A stretch of 64,000 bases of DNA from Bigelowiella natans CCMP2755 (GCA_000320545.1 ADNK01001965.1:83898-147897), one strand, 5' to 3'. Shown: positions 38,533 through 51,886, counted from the first letter of the stretch. Numbers and translations: made by a program. The notes: generated from the sequence alone by a model not told the origin.

Positions 38533-39604
38533 CATTGAGAGTTACACAGACGTGGTAATAACACGCACAATATGGTACAGTCGCAAATAGCTGAAATTAA
38601 TGTCAAATGAGAGAGACATTTGTAAATCGTAGTCACGTGCACAATCTACATGTACAAGTGCAACCCATGTGAAAATGACTCTCGGCTAATTAGAAGGGAA
38701 AAGGTGTCCATAAGACTGCTTAGTATAGCAGCATTTATCGTCAAATGCATGTGATATTACGCAATTATTGTTAACAACTCCCTACAAATCACAAAAAGAT
38801 GCTGCTGTTTGTGGAGCTCATCGCTCGTGATGACAATGTGTGCTACTTCGAGCTATTATGCTTCGATCTGCTATGCAACTTGAACGCCATAATTAAGGAA
38901 GCTTGCTGACATGTTCAATACAGCACAATATTCTTGGTGACAGTATGACAAGTTTGCACGTGAGCAACATGTAGTATTATCGCCGTGTGAAATTTACGCG
39001 CCAAGCTTAGCAACACTGCGATGCCATGTGATGCTACAAACTAGCAAATAGCATTTCAAATTTCTATGCACACGCTTATAATAGACATAGTAATCCGTGG
39101 TGTCTATCATGCTTTCTCAGCTGGAGTAGCCTCATCATTAGTCTTTCGTGCAACTTACAGAACTCTTTTAATTTGTGTTGAATTAATTTACTAGAGTAAC
39201 ATGAACGAAGTTGTCTGTATACTCACACATTACACATTACGTAATGATGGCGAATTTGTGCAACGTAGTTAATATTAATATTATTATGGAAGCAATTTAA
39301 ATTTTTTGCTGTTTATTATTATATTTTATGGAAGCGATTCAAATTTTTTACTGATTTGTAATCGGTCCATGAGATTCCATTAAAAATACATTTCTACAAA
39401 AGAGAAATCTTCATCAAAATACACATTATGGAATCAAAAAGGCGGTTGGAAAAAGGATTTAATTCTAAACGATCTTTAAATTTCGCCTGTGCATCATTCT
39501 ATCAGCAAATTATCCTTGTTTTTGGAATTTATTTCTTGTAAATTGGACCGCAAACTCAGTGTAAGTTCTCCCCTGCACAGAGGTAGAGAGTTGATTAAAT
39601 TAAT

Positions 39605-41916
39605 TCAAATGTTATCCACGATTCTTGCCTTCGAGACATTCTGCAGTTACTTTTCTCTGATAACAGTACATAAAACCTCAGGGAATCTAAGGCTCCTGAC
39701 AGTGAACCGCTTTCTCTGTGCCAACACATCTACATTAAGTTGCATTAAACTGTATATCGCTGACGTCGGGGAACTCGAAAGGATGCAGGTGGAATTCGGG
39801 TCCAAGACGGAACACGTTTTCTTCTCCTATGGATGCTTTCAAGTTGTTGAGATCCTTCTAATATCTTGCTTTCGTGTTGGACGTCGATCATATAGTTCCT
39901 AACTCTTGCTTCTTTTTCTAATTCTTTACTGCTGCTCGAAAGATCAGCAAATGAAGTAGCATTAGTTTCAGCCCGTAAAGTATCTGCTCGCCTCCGCAAT
40001 GTGCCAAAGAGTTTTTGGTGTAGATTCATCTCTCGAATATGAATCTTTGCGTGCCGATTAAGGTTTCCTAATCATTCGCAAGCATTTGAATATTGATTTA
40101 TCTCGATGAAGTAGTATTCACAGGTATCACACCTTTTTGAGTAAAGCGACGGTTACATTGGAGACATTGAAATGGCTAGCAAACAATGAAGAACGGAACT
40201 TAGCAACGATATACTAAGATGTGGCGCGAAGATTAAACCTTTTCCCCTGTGTGTGTACGAGAGTGAGATTTCAATGTGCCTCTGTCGCTGAAACCCTGCA
40301 ACATTGTGATCGTAACTCTTGTTAGCATCCAGATGAATTTTATACAAATATTTGACGACGTACTCGTCCACATTTGTCGCAGTGGAATAAATTTCTTCCC
40401 TGATGTTGAATTGCGAAAATTATTTCAATTCCAAGAAATCTTTGAGTATTCAAATATGCACAAGGTCGTAGAAACTGAATAAAAATTGTACTGTATGTAG
40501 CCTCATATGCCGGCGCAATGAACTTGGGCAGGAGAATGTCTAACACAGAACATGAATCATGTAAAAGAAGCAAAGAGTGACACCCCTTCATTCGAACAGA
40601 ACACAATATTTCTGTTTTACGAAAGATACCTTGTTACAAATAGTGCAGAATGACGAATTTGCCATTCTCATCGCTTTTATGTGCTCTATCTTTGATCTCA
40701 TTTTTAGTTTGCTTTCAGAAGAAGTTCTAGCTGAGAGTGGCAATGTGTCCCTAGCACCTTTTACACTCATTGCAAATCGTGATGTATTATTCAAACGGTT
40801 CTCGAGCAACTGCAGTTTCCAGAACAGATCTTCAGATTCCTTATGATCTTTTACATGTCCTACCCTGGTTTGGGAAGTACTGCCCATTCTAAGAGACCTA
40901 TATGGGTCTCTGATTTCTTGACGGAGAGATTCTATATTGCCTGAAGTGCGATTTGCATTCAGAAGCCTCCTTTTCTGTATCCGCAGAGCTTCCCTGGAAA
41001 TTTTTTGCCCGAAACAACTATTTGTAGAGTCATGATAGGACAAACTTGTAGATGGACATCTGGAGCTTGAAGGTAAATCAAAAGCTTTGGAGAAAACTCT
41101 AGAGCGTAATTTCAATGGAGTAGATTCACTGTCTTGCAGATGTTGTTTTTCAACTTTCTGCCAAAGCTGTTCCCGAACGAGAGGATGAACTTCCCCAGCA
41201 TGAACTTCCCCAGCGTTGTCAATGAATTTTATTTCCTGTAGAAGGGTGAAGCGGGAGAATTATCACTATTTGATCGACGGTCAAAGTTTTCAAAAAATTG
41301 TTACATAGACAAAAAATGTAAGCATACGGGGATAATTGGAAGATTTATCCAACAATTTTTTCATGAAAATGAAGACATTGCATAGGAACATATAGACCTT
41401 TCGATACGCATTAAATGAGGAAAGATTCAAAATTCAAACTCCAACTACCCTACGCCTAAATCTTGAGACTTTTGATTACACTTTAAATTATTCTATCTTA
41501 GTATGTGTGTGCGGGCTCACCCCCTGTGGTCCAACATGACGAGAGAAGACTTTTGCCAATGAATTGGACGAAGACGGAATTTCAATTTTCGATTTTTTAG
41601 TTGCAGGAATCTCAAATCCTTTTTTAGGGAAGGCATTGGTCTTGTCGTTCTGTCGAAAGAACAAGCTGGACTTCCGGTAGCTGATCGGTATGTTGGCACC
41701 ATTTTTAGTCCAGGGAAGAATGAAATTTGCCGTGGTCTGGTCCTTGCATATTTGTTTCGGATGGAAGTTATCCACTTCCTTGGTAAGAGGTCCGCGGCTA
41801 GAAGAAGGAGAGACATTCTGGTATTTGCCGATCAAACTGTTTGAAGAGTTTATACTAGGTCGCTCCTTTTCCAGGTAAATTCGACTCAGTTCCAAAGCAT
41901 TTTTGAACAGTGACAT
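39605..41916 (-). CDS. Kruppel-type C2H2 zinc-finger transcription factor (3 fingers); 3' end approximate
   Basis: Spliced: CTICNK|TFSCPSSLRRHMRLHT|GRNLFHCDKCGR|GFSDRGTLKSHSRTHTGEK|PFQCLQCNRRFTQK|GNLNRHAKIH, with a canonical TGEKP linker. Confidence 0.88.
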
Positions 41917-43399
41917 GTTTCGTACAATGTCCTTGCTATTTTTGCCGTTCTTTCGCTACACAAACTAGATTCAAGCGTGTGGATCCCTCTCTTGCTGTGT
42001 CAGAGGCGTGTACTCGGGCGTGCTGTCACGTATCACGTGCTGTCCGCCCTGGAAGGAGAGCCAGTGAGAGCGGCGCGAGCAACTGTTGGTTCGTCTGATT
42101 ACACGTTCTGAGCAAGATGAAGATGGACAGGTCGTTGGTTCTCTGTTGTAGTGCCTGTGTCCTCCTCTTTCAAGAGGGATATAAAATGGCTATGTAGCAC
42201 TCCACCCACACATGTGATTGTGGTGCATTTTCTCCTATTCTGGACACAGCGGAGCAGATTCCAGCCGATTTCGCATGCGGATCATCAAATTAGGGAGCAA
42301 GAGCGCGGCCTATTCGTTTGGAGTCGTCTTCGGGAACAGATTTATGCCCAAAATGGCCAAGTTTTTGCGGCATTTTTGAGCAGCACCAAGATCTGGTGGA
42401 TGTCGCATAGGACGAACGCTTGGCGCACTTCAGGGCGAAAAAATATTGGCTTTCGGAAAAAAGCTCGCTCCTGTATTTACGGTTAGTTCTTTTCTGTGCT
42501 GCACCTTCGACAAACAAGAATATCCAAGAGATTTCGCAGCTCCGTCAACACCTTTGTGGCGCAATCCGACAAAAAGACCGAGTGAACGTGCAACGCAAAA
42601 TACCCCCACAGAGAACAGGCTCCGCGTAAAAGTCGTAGCTGAGCTTTTCCCTGCTAATTGTTAAGCTTTTCCCTACTTGTTGCCAAGCGGGAGGTACTCC
42701 AATTCTGATCGGCGAGATTGTTTCGAGAAAGAAGTACAGTTTTCTGCAGCCGAAGAATTGTTTTTTAATTCTTATTTATTCGTTTTGTTGTTAGTGCCGC
42801 TGTGATCATTTCTGTTGCACAGGCTTCTCTCGGAGCTCTCATCGCGATGTTCGTTGTGCTGCGAAATACGTGCAACGGCACAATCCGAGACTGTAAAGTT
42901 GTTATGCACGCCCTGTCTATTCGTTCTTGCTGTCCACACATCATGGAATTAAGATCAAGTTTCCTCCACGTGACATTAAGGATGCTTTGGTAAACGACAT
43001 GATCTCTCCAGCCAATGCTGAGATATTCTGATGCTCGCAGTGCATTTTTGCAAGAAGCACATGAATTTAGTTGGACCTAGTCTGATATGATCCCTACACT
43101 AATCATTGGAAACTACGTGTCCGCCGACTTGTAGATGCAAAAGTCAGTTGAGATGCCGTTCAAAATTCACGGTAACACAAAACTATCTCATGATTTTACC
43201 AAATATGTCCTATATTCGATCTCAGTGCTCGCGTGTGCTGTTTCGAGAGTGAAAGAAACGCGCAACACAATTCAGAGGCAGGCGGCAACAGAGGCAGGTG
43301 AGACCTGAAGAACACACCTTTGCTACTGTGGGATTCGGTTCGGTTCTCAAAACTCATATCTCACCGCATAGCCCCTCTCCGTCTTAAGTCATTTGCGCA

Positions 43400-45122
43400 A
43401 TGGGAAATTCAACCAATCGTTCGGCAAATAGAGAAAATGAATCTTCTGTACCTTACCGGAAAAAAACTGGGTTGTTCAGAAGAGTGAGTGGGAAGAAAAA
43501 AAAGAGATCCAATGTAGGATTCATGGGTTTTAGTAGGCGAAAATCAACAGGAGGTATCAAAGCCAGACCTGTACTGAGTATTTGTGCAACTGAGGAAGCT
43601 GAAATTACAAAAAGGATGCAGACTACTTCGATAATTCAGGATCCTAACAAAGAGACTGAGCCTGCACATTCTCCAACAATTCCATCCCGTACGCGGACAA
43701 GTACATGTGAAAGTGCCTATGCATCTACGAGCAACTTTACCACAAGCAACACAACAGCAGCAACAATTAGCGAGAAGCAAAGAGGTATGCTAGCTAGTAA
43801 CATTTCTAATGAGGATCATGGATCCTTAAGGAAGAGGAGAAAGGCACAAACTCCTGTTGAAGAACGCGATGAGCAACAGAACGAAGAGGACGTACCTAGT
43901 AGCTCTGATAGTGTAACTGGACACAGTAGCTCTGATCAAATTGATAATGAAAATAGCTTCGAAAAAGAGTATTACAATGAACATGAAAGTGTTGCTGATC
44001 ACAAGGACAGGAATGACGAAGACGGTGCCAATCAGGTATATAAAAATCGTATCGAACTACATGTAAATCTGTCAACTGATTTATACTGATCCAAATAGGT
44101 ACAGCGGAAGCAGAATGTTAAAATCATTATCAAGGACAATCAAACTATTCACGACTCAGCTATGGACACAAATGACATCCAGGGAAGGGTTTCGAGGAGC
44201 ATTAGTGATAGCACTCTAGCTGATGTTACTTTAAACAATGGCTATTCTGGAATCTTACCACGTCAACCAGAAGCAGATATGCAGAAGCTTACAGTGGTGC
44301 TTGACATGGATGAGACTCTTCTTCATAGTGAGGTTGGTAAAGTATATTGTTTCAGAAAGAAGTGTACATCTAACATTTGTGTGATGCAACAGTTCGGAAC
44401 TGCAAAGAATAATTACAGGCAGTTTGAGGAAAGAAAGGTTCAAACATTCTGAACTCAACAAAAGATTATCTTAAATTGTATGCATCTTTTATTCGGAAAT
44501 AGTCATGATGTGTATGTGTTTCTTGCAGAAAGTGACCAGAAATGCAGATTTTGAATTCGAGATGGTACTTGATGGGCCTCGTGGGCCCAGGGCCGAGCAT
44601 GTACGCGTTTACAAGAGACCTGGTCTGGACGGATTTCTGGATTGGATCTCTCAACACTTTGAGGTTGTGGTCTTCACTGCCGCTATTCCTCAATATGCAG
44701 CTCCCGTGCTCGATCGTATAGATCCAAATGGGACTCGAATTAAGCACAGACATTACCGCAATTCTACTTGCAAATTTGCTGGGCAACAGTTCGTGAAGGA
44801 TATCAGTCTTCTTGGAAGATCTATGGATAGCGTTGTCTTGATAGATAATAATCCCATGGCAATGATCGCGAATCCTGACAATGCAATTCCTATTCCTTCA
44901 TTTTTTGACTGCCCACATGACCGTGAACTAGAAGCAATAGCCCAATTGCTTGCTGAGCTAAATGGGTTCGCAGACGTTCGACAGTATTTAAAGAAACGAT
45001 TCTCATTCCGCAAGATTGTCAATGTAAGTAACATAAACCAGTTGATATAAATATATTTCTCTTTCCCTAATCCAATCGTTATTTTTACATCACAGGAACA
45101 CTTCAATCTAAATCTGCATTAG
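43400..45122 (+). CDS. SCP/CTD small phosphatase-like (NIF/FCP1 HAD family)
   Basis: KLTVVLDMDETLLHS (DxDxT), VYKRPGLDGFL, FEVVVFTAA..QYAAPVLDRID, YRNSTC, FVKDISLLGR, LIDNNP, NAIPI. Long disordered N-terminus. Confidence 0.92.
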
Positions 45123-45835
45123 AGTTTGGATCAATCTTGCATTCTACATCCCCGTTATGTTCTATCAGATTGCGCATTTCCGTCGCGATCGCATTCTACG
45201 TTTATTATTTTCTTGCAGATACAGAATTTGTAAGTAGTTAATGTGCACCGACTATGTCATAAATGCCATCTAACTTAATCTAACTTTACTGTACATAGAA
45301 TTAATATTCTCATATAGTCCTGAAAATACATGTGTTCGAAACTGGTGAGGATTGGAGTTGAACACAATGTTCCAGCTGTGATGTTAGGAATTTCCAGTGT
45401 TAAAATTGTAAACTAGCATCTCTTTTACTTTGGTCTAAGGACGAGAGCGAGGCGCAATATTCTTTAATTTAGTCGAATAGTTGCGTCGTTTTAGCTTAGC
45501 GTACTCATCAAGTTTGAGGCTAAAATGCAACGAATTTTTGTTGAACTTGAATAATAATAAATGTAAATTTTGTTTTGAGATGATGGAATTGCGGGGTGTG
45601 AAGTGCAAAGTAATTCTGTAACGTCGCGCGAAAGTGTTTGTGTATCATCATTCATAACGTAAATTTGTCATTTTAGTTCTTTTTTTTTTGCCGCGTACAA
45701 CAAATTCACCGTAACTACAATTACTAGTAAGTGCTACATAGAATGTGTGTCTCATGAAGCGGTGTGGAAAGAAACGTTATGACGTGCCATGCTACTACGC
45801 AGCCGCGTGAACAAAACACAACACACAATGATCTC

Positions 45836-46607
45836 TACTAGTCTAGATGTAGTGAGGTGTCTTCATCAATTTGGTTGAAAATGAATCGCACCTCGTGGTC
45901 TCTAGATCTCTAAATCTAGATTTGTTTAGATGGCCTAGTGGTGTACGCACTCTCCATTCTAGTGTTAGCTAGCTAGCTAGCATTCATTGTCGTGCACTGC
46001 AAGTGTCATCTTATGCGCTAGTGCTAGCTGTGATCAGTTCTGAGCTAGTGTTCTTGCGAAGCGATGAAAGCTCTAGAGCTAGCTAGCTAGAGAGGAGGTC
46101 CTCAGCGCCCTTCTAGCCTTGCTAGCTTGACTTGTCTAGTTGATTCATGCAACCTAGCCACTCTAGACTGTCTAGCTAGCTAGCTGTTGCACTGTCTAGC
46201 TGTGCATGGCTTTGTACTAAAGATGGAGCAACGAAGGACACAAATCGCATTGCTAGACTGCTAGATTGCATTGGTTAGTGCTTAACTTTCATGGATAACA
46301 ACACTAGAACAGTTTGTGAGCGCTCTAGCTAGCTAGCGCTGCACATCACTAGATCTCTAGATCTGTAAATTCATTCCCGGAAGGTCAATGCTGTTTCATT
46401 CCTTCCTTATCTAGCTTATCTAGTTATCTCTGTTATGTCCTAACTACCTAAGTCTCTGTTCTGAAAGATGAATCTGGAACTTCACATTCTCCGAGTTGTG
46501 GCTCCGAATGGGACATGCTAGCTAGCTAGCATGAAGGCGAGAGAATGGTGGTAAGAGAGAGCTAAAGAGTGGTGGTTATGATGATTGAGGCTTACACACT
46601 CATCTAG
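45836..46607. repeat. CTAG/(AGCT)n-saturated intergenic block
   Basis: About 39 CTAG by eye in about 770 bp, including several ctagctagctag runs. Confidence 0.85.
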
Positions 46608-48119
46608 TCATCTTTGTTCTCCGGGAGAGCTCAGCCGTGATTTCGAATTCGAAAGAGTTTTTGCTACCTCTGTGCTTTCAGGCGTGTTGGTACTCCTTAG
46701 AAAGCTATGCTTGGCTATCTGATGAAGCTGCAGACGTTTCTGCTTGTCAAGGCACAGTGATCCGTTCAGAAGATCGTACAGTTCCTTCACGCTGGGGTGT
46801 GTAGGCTCGGGAAGCCGCTTGGGAGGTGTGATCTGTACCTTGGTGATATGCCCAAATAATTCCACAGGATTTATTATGTAGAATGGAGGATCGCCGAAGG
46901 CCATGCAATATAGGGTGACGGAAAGAGCCCACACGTCGTCACTGTACGGCTCTGAGTTGCCGTCAGCGCCGGCCATTTCGGGGGACCAGAATGCGTAGGT
47001 GCCGTTCGCGACCAGCGCCTCCTTTTCGCCGTCGTGAGAGCGCGCGGATCCAAAGTCCGACAGCTTCACGTTGAGCTGGGAATCGAGCAGCAGGTTGTCC
47101 GGTTTGATGTCGCCGTGGGTGACTTTCACCGAGTGCATGTACTGTATAGCCGACAGAGCCTCCAGCATGATTCGCTTTACCTCTGTGAGCTTTATGCCTC
47201 CTAAGGGGCCCGTGCCAAGCAGATCCGAGTAGTACTGCTTACGCGAGCTATCGAACGACATTATCTGTCCACTTCCCGCGAACTCGAGAACGATGTACAG
47301 GGAATCCAGCTTTGGGCTGTCCATGATCTCAAAGATTTTCAGCAAGTGGGGGTGCGAGAGTGGGTAGACTGCGAGCAAGCCAGCTCGGACCTTCGTAAGT
47401 TCGGAGTGATTCGAGCTTCCTAGATCTTTACGAAGCCTCGACTTGGCCATTTTCTTGACTGCACAGTACCGTGAGGCGGCTATGTCGAAGGCCTTCCTGA
47501 CAGATGCGAAGGCCCCCTCTCCGAGGAGCTTGCCTATTTCGTACTGGTTTATCAGCTTCTTGTGCTTCCTCTTGTATTTAGTGACGTGTGATGTTACTGA
47601 GAGGTTCTTGTGGTAGTTCCCAAGGACGGACCCTCCACTACGGAGTGACTTATAATCGCGCTTACTCGCAGCTGCCGTACTGGTGCTATTGCTGGCAGCA
47701 CAGCTTTCTTTGGAAGAGCTGGCTGTCACCCGTGTACGTGGTGTGCCGACAGGCACTCCTGCTTTAAATCGCCCATCGTCCTCCATATCATACCTGCTAC
47801 TATCCGAGCCATCGGACCAGTCCAGGCTTTCAGTGCTCTCCGCAACCCTTGGTGTGATTGAGATCGCCGCTAGCGATTCCCCCAAGCTGGATGCGCCCTT
47901 CAGACCCCTTCGTTGGATTTTGGCTTTCGCATCCGGAGAATGTATTGGTGTAGCCAGGTGCGAAGACTGCAAGGTATTGATAAAGCTTTCGGTGAGATAG
48001 TCGACTCAGGGTCACAGAGTCGCAAAGAAGCAATGTGGTGTGAGTGGGGGTGGCACCTGTCCAAACGAGAAGATATCAGACTTTTGTGCTTTGGTGTCGC
48101 TCCCCATCTCCGCAGCCAT
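46608..48119 (-). CDS. CAMKK-like Ser/Thr protein kinase, atypical (non-RD); single short 5' intron
   Basis: Motifs INQYEIGKLLGEGAFASV, AVKKM, LYIVLEF, HGDIKPDNLL, SDFG, GTYAFWSPE, DVWALSVTLYCMAFG. Predicted first exon MAAEMGSDTKAQKSDIFSFGQ| joins ORF 46608-47972 at cag|TCT. Confidence 0.88.
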
Positions 48120-49786
48120 AGATCTGGGATTCGATTCGTTAATTCGAGAGGGAGGGGCGGGGGATCGCAAAGAGCATTCGGCTTTCACTGGCTCTTGGAT
48201 AATCAGCTGTGCGAAATCTTCATTAACAAAAATGGAAATTAGATTGGGTTGGATCTACTAATTGGCTCGTTAGAAAACAAATCTCATTATCTACTTGTGT
48301 ACCATTATCTCCACGCTCGCAATTCTCGCTCATAACATTCACAACCTTCTGCTCCGTTTTCAATTTAACCTAAAATAAAACAGTTAGAAGACAGGCAGAC
48401 GCTCTATCACCGTAGAAGACCACCTTGATCCATTCTTTATGTGTCTTGTTGTTGGTCCAGACCTTTGTTACCGAGCCTGTTTTACCCTCTAATCCCTGGA
48501 TGCTATGATGACCTGATAGCATTGCCTAATTAGCGCTACAAATCTAAGCATGCTCACACCCAAAAAAAATCAACCTAATATCACAACTTCGTCTCCAACT
48601 TTAATGCTTTTACTCCTGGTCAGTCTCCCAGATTCTAAAATCGCACGATGAAAGCATCGAATGTCATCAAGATGGAATCTTCAGTCCGAAGAAAAATGGA
48701 CCTGTGATGACGATACTTTCAGTCAAAGACTCAGCTCGGGATCCCTGATCCTGCTTCCTTCTCCGCATCACACCCTTCTTCCCTGTAAGAACAAGGGAGG
48801 TATCTGAAATCAGAAGTGCGTTTTCCATCTAGCTATCCTCTCTGCCCATCTCCAAAACGTCCTGTAACCCTACGAGCGTACCTGTTCGTTCGAGGCCAGC
48901 TAACACATTGGCGAGGGCAGAGACAGTTCTCGGAGTTGGATCTTTCAAACCAGACGCTCCCGCGAGGGGAAATAAGACAGAAAGAGGCATATTTATTGTT
49001 AAAGGAGAGCTTCTCGGCAGTCGCATATTTGTAAAATACTACGTTTCCAGAGACTCTTCTAAATTTTTCGAGAAACGAGGTCTTACGTATAACTGGAGTG
49101 AAAATCAGCGAAGCAAGCGCGAAGTGGAGTTCTCTCTACTTCTTTTAGAGAAAGGATTTGCTTCCGAAATTTTCTTTTGGGAACTGTCCGGTACTTTTAT
49201 GTGGTACTGACTTTTACAGGAGCTCGAAGGGGTTCCTTTGATGGTGCTCTTGCAAAAAAATCACAGCAAATCAGCGCATGAAATATATCTTCCGAAAATT
49301 CTTTATCGGGGTTAAAGGCTTAAATCTAGTCCAAAAGCGAATGTTGGTGCAAAATAGATCCCATTTCTGTGGGGACTTGGATACGTTTGCCCATTGTTTA
49401 TTGGAGTTGGAAATGAGAATTTCGCCAGAAAGAAGATCGCTCTACATGGAATGACCGCGCATTTGAAAGCTACGACATAAGAAGTTGTATCTTTCACCAG
49501 CATAGCTATCTGGCGGTTCTGCTCTTACGACCAACGCCCGCCTTGTGACTTTGCTGTCACCATTCCTCGGAAGGTATTCGAAAGGGAGGTGGACCCTGGG
49601 GCCTCGCGACATTGAGAATTGTGAATTAAGTTGGCAAAATAGTTCATGTTATATGTGACTGGTTGGTTGTGTACGTCTTACTTTGTGAACCCTTTGTCCA
49701 TTCCAGGACTGCACAACTGCGCGTAACATTCATCCTTCTCACCGAAAGAGCAACGAGGGAGGAGGGGGAGTGGCCATTACACAACC

Positions 49787-50686
49787 ATGTTGCAATATCC
49801 ACCTAAACAACAGCCCACAAGTACCAGCCATCGATCTTCAAATAAATTCGACTTCTCGATGATGTCTCTGGACGGTTTGAGTTCAACTAGCCACGATGAC
49901 GACGGAGATGGCTGTGCAGATGTCCAAGCCAAGAGGCAGCAATCTTTGAAACATGATCGTTTTCGCTCGGAAGAAATGAACAACTGGAACAATACCAAAG
50001 TGAAATTGCCGCTACGAAAATATCAAATAGAATTCCAAAAGAATCTCAGCTTCATATTACCGAAGTCTGGAGATATCATTTTGGATTTAGATGAGGGTGA
50101 GGAGAGGAAGAATAAAGCCCATGAAGTACAAAGTTGCAAAAACATACGCACTACCATATCTTCGAAGGATGGTGTTAAAAAAAAAAAAACTACTCCAGTG
50201 AAAAACGCACCGACAAAGTTAACTTACCAAGGGCTGATTTACATTGGACCTACGAAAGCCAACCGCCCCCACTATAAGTCGAAACAAGCATGGGAATGGG
50301 AAATATATCCACACGGAATCTCCAAGCAGAACGATAAGTTGCGTGTGCAGATCAAGCAGAAGGGACTAAACCCTACGTATCCCTCATTCCCGAACAGCTA
50401 TAAGGGCTTACTGGAAGCTGCAATGTTCCGTGATAAAGAAAGTTATCGGCTTTGGGAATCTAAGATTCTTGTCCGGCCACCAAAATTCAACTTTGAACAT
50501 CCAAACTTCCGGAAACCTGAGAAACGCCGTCGGAAGAGACGCCGAAAATCAAGCAAGAAGGACTCTAAATCTGAATCCAAATCAAACGAATCGCAATCAG
50601 AATTCATGAGTGATGACAGATCTATGACCTTGGAAGACATGCAGTCCTTTGGCGACCTCACAGATTTGCACTGGCTTCAAGTATAA
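49787..50686 (+). CDS. Intronless protein with a divergent AP2/ERF-like DNA-binding domain and basic NLS
   Basis: YPHGISKQNDKLRVQIKQKGLNPTYPSF...LLEAAMFRD...PKFNF parallels the AP2 pattern 'Y.GV....W.A.I.....LG.F....EAA.AYD.....LNF'. It is followed by KRRRKRRRK. Confidence 0.6.
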   Translation: MLQYPPKQQPTSTSHRSSNKFDFSMMSLDGLSSTSHDDDGDGCADVQAKRQQSLKHDRFRSEEMNNWNNTKVKLPLRKYQIEFQKNLSFILPKSGDIILDLDEGEERKNKAHEVQSCKNIRTTISSKDGVKKKKTTPVKNAPTKLTYQGLIYIGPTKANRPHYKSKQAWEWEIYPHGISKQNDKLRVQIKQKGLNPTYPSFPNSYKGLLEAAMFRDKESYRLWESKILVRPPKFNFEHPNFRKPEKRRRKRRRKSSKKDSKSESKSNESQSEFMSDDRSMTLEDMQSFGDLTDLHWLQV

Positions 50687-51588
50687 CAGAAGATGGACAC
50701 TGTTGTAGGTGCTACATGTCAAAAATTCAATCCGAATTTTGTTAGTTCATCTAGATATCACTAATACTTGGCATTTGTCTTTGTAAATGAATCATTGCAA
50801 GATCGATGCTGCTAATAATCGAGTTTCGAGAATGAAACCATAGCAGCGTGATGAAGGCATTCAATTTGTTCTTAGAGTATCCACATCTGCTGAATCGAAT
50901 CGCATCGAAATTTTTTGTTTTTTCCATTATCTAGATGTCAATTTTAAATTAAGATTTGAAGAATGCGATGTCTAGATGTCCAAAGCCCCAAGCTTTTGCA
51001 AAGGTCATTACAGGGTTTCGCGTTGTTGTCTTGCTGTAGGCGCACTGCTACATGTGAGAGCGTATGGCGCGGCTGCACTCATATCCAGCAAATGATAATG
51101 ACCAATACTGGCTTGGATGAGCCAACCCAGCAACTATGCGATATAGCGCTAGTATGGTCCCTATACTAGAGCATGCGCTGTTCCTACATCTTGATGTGCC
51201 CACGATACACTGTGCTACATGTACATGCTAGCATGTTGCGCAACTTTCTTCTCTAGTTCTCACCGGCGCACGCAATGCACCTATGTACTACGTGCATCGC
51301 AAGGTCTAGGCTAGTAGGGGTGTCGCCAAGAACACCAACACACATCGCTAGCAGATCGTATCGCGTTGTGATAAAATTCATGGCGCAGCTCGCAGGGCCA
51401 CCCTGTCCATTCAAATTGTGTGCACAACCCATGCCAGCGTCGTAGCAACATGATCAACATGGCGCTGTTGTGTAGAATGTCAAATTGGACGGTGTTAAAA
51501 TAACGTACTTGCTATGAAGACGGTGGTTGCATGTGTGTTTTGACGATGAACACGATTTCTGCGAATTTTTGCTGTGCTCACTACTAGC

Positions 51589-51886
51589 TCATGCATCTCC
51601 CCATCTAACAATTGATGCTCCCCATGACAGTCCCGCGCCAAAGCCCGCGAACGCAATGACGTCTCCGTTCTTGACACGTCCGGACCGAACGGCTTCGTCA
51701 AGCTGCAAAAACATGGATTGTGAGCTGTCTCTAACGCGGGATTTCATCGTTAGATGCTAAATTTTGCTACTGTTCTTTTGTTAATCACTTACCGCCAGCG
51801 GCATAGAGCCCGCGCTAGTGTTTCCATATTCATCGATGTTTGTTATAACCTGAGAGAAAGAATATAGAGAAAGAAAAACAGAAAGA

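Noticed and set aside
41186-41215. 15-bp tandem duplication atgaacttccccagc x2
   Set aside because: In-frame micro-duplication (AGEVH x2) in a disordered part of the C2H2 protein; trivial.
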